Assembly: GCA_003427395.1 (NCBI GenBank) | Contig: BFEA01000025.1 | Coordinates: 4,906,224-4,970,223, forward strand | Length of the DNA stretch: 64,000 nt | Direction of reading: 5' to 3' | Source of the DNA: Chara braunii | Taxonomy: Eukaryota; Plantae; Charophyceae | Shown: piece by piece, positions 62,411-64,000 of the stretch | Position numbering within the stretch: the first letter of the stretch is position 1 | How the letters are laid out: each line of letters begins with the position of its first letter | The notes under the pieces: model-generated | The model's input: only the letters and a program-made list of their open reading frames with translations | Database searches by the model: none | What the model was told of the DNA's origin: nothing | Program-made: the position numbers and the translations under genes

Positions 62411-63224
62411 CACAACCAAGATCTTATTGTTGATACTGCGACGTCATTTAAGTTACCAACCTTTTTGTGCGTCAGAATGACTGTATCTGTATTCTCAGGC
62501 GGCACGGGTTCGCATAGTCACAATAACAAAAAAAACAAAAAAACAAAGAAAAACTTGGAACATGTCCCCGACCATCACCGCGAGAAGGTTGGCTATTGTG
62601 GGCTAATCAACTGGTGAAGCCACCGGTCTTTATGTAACAAATGCCCGCAGTAGTGAACTTTCCTCGCATCGTCCTTTGACGACCTCAACGGTCAATCTAA
62701 CGGTCAATTCGTCCTTAATGTCAGTCTGCTCTTCTCTCGTTCTCCTCATGTCCCCGACTTTCGTTTTTCCCTTAATGCCGGATGACTCTTCGATTATCAA
62801 CTGGGGAGACTTTGTTTCACCCTCTGTCATTATATCGTACATTTTCGCGCACCAAGGGTCCCTCAACATTTTCTGCCGCCTCTTTGCTGACCTCTCACTG
62901 GTCAATGGCAACAACGGTTCGCTTGCCACCTCTCTACGGTGCTGTTCGTCTTTATTTTCCATCCTTGGACCGATGACCGGTTTCATACCCACATATGAGT
63001 ACTTCGCGCCGCCACCACACGTGTTACTTTTTTGTGACTCTGTCATCCTCGCTCGGCTTCTCTTACCTGCACCTTGTTATTCAGTATTCTGTGTCGCTCC
63101 TTTCCGAACGTTGCGCGATGTTGTAAGTTTATGTTCCTGTTCACACGTGTCGGTCAAATTGGAATGACACAGACGATTTGTTAATTTTTTTAACAACTTC
63201 AAATCGTTTTTATAGGATACTTCG

Positions 63225-63291
<67 letters not shown>

Positions 63292-63605
63292 TGGGTACTG
63301 CGTGCCAAAACTGAAACGACTATCACTGTTGACCACGTAAATGTCACGCAGTAGTGAACTTTTGGCGACACTTTCGTCTCGCATGTGGTTTTCACCGCTT
63401 CATAAGCTTAGCCACATTAGACATGATATTTCTCAACAAATAACGGAAAAAAAAAGACGAATGTCCTCTCTTGTTCCCCTTTACTTTGGAAGAAACAACA
63501 TGATTGTCCCGTGGCGACGACAGATAGAAACACTCTCTCTCTCTCTCTCTCTTAGCAAATATAGAAACTTAGTTTGCATTTGTTTCTTCTACAATATGTA
63601 CTTGT

Positions 63606-64000
63606 TCAAATAAAACAGTCCTCACGCTGCTTTGCATGCTGCTTCGATCCCCATTGTGGTTTAGAGAAGCGCGGAACAATGTGAACTATGTCTACAATAG
63701 TGTCGGTCGAAACGACGCTACTGTGTTGATGTCCATTCAACTTCCCCCATTTCAATTTCTTGCAAACTGTCATGTGTTGTCGTTTACTGTCGACCTCCTT
63801 GTACCATTGCACAAATCCGCAGTTGTGTTCCATATTACCGCTGTCCGCGGGTGCGTCCACGACAAAAAACATGGCTACTGATGCAAACCATGTGCATTCG
63901 TTGCCTGCTCTAATTGCGACGTCAATGTGCACTGGTCTCCCATAAAACTGTGGCAACGCTCTTGCAGTTTGAATAAGTGTGCCCCTGTTTATTCCGTCCT
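63606..64000 (-). mobile_element. C-terminal part of a Plavaka/CACTA(EnSpm)-related transposase; frame open to the window edge
   Basis: TARALPQFYGRPVHIDVAI...WFA...F...FVQWY...LKW...DTIVDIVHIVPRF resembles the C-terminal domain of Plavaka-type transposases (recognised by eye). Confidence 0.6.

Overview
Repeat-rich eukaryotic draft-assembly window with three N gaps and a Nextera junction adapter. Large introns, a plant-type U6 sequence and the microsatellite load suggest a streptophyte alga such as Chara (inference). It holds one complete host gene: a 19-exon, ~34 kb, + strand gene for the U2AF large subunit (U2AF65; RS domain, RRM1, RRM2, UHM; CDS 11009-44922, about 669 aa by my exon assembly). 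The most notable non-coding signals are: (1) five U6 snRNA-derived retrocopies with simple-repeat tails, one with a clear target-site duplication and several sharing diagnostic substitutions, i.e. a candidate U6-derived SINE family; (2) hammerhead ribozymes, namely a well-formed type III motif on the minus strand of an intronic insert (29828-29883), a decayed homologue at 3066-3122, and a minimal type I motif (58780-58828) behind a remnant resembling a Penelope-like RT; (3) a chimeric nad7-cox1 NUMT. Also present are Tc1/mariner-type and hAT-type MITEs with TSDs, a tRNA-derived SINE family, and the 3' end of a Plavaka/CACTA-like transposase at the window edge.
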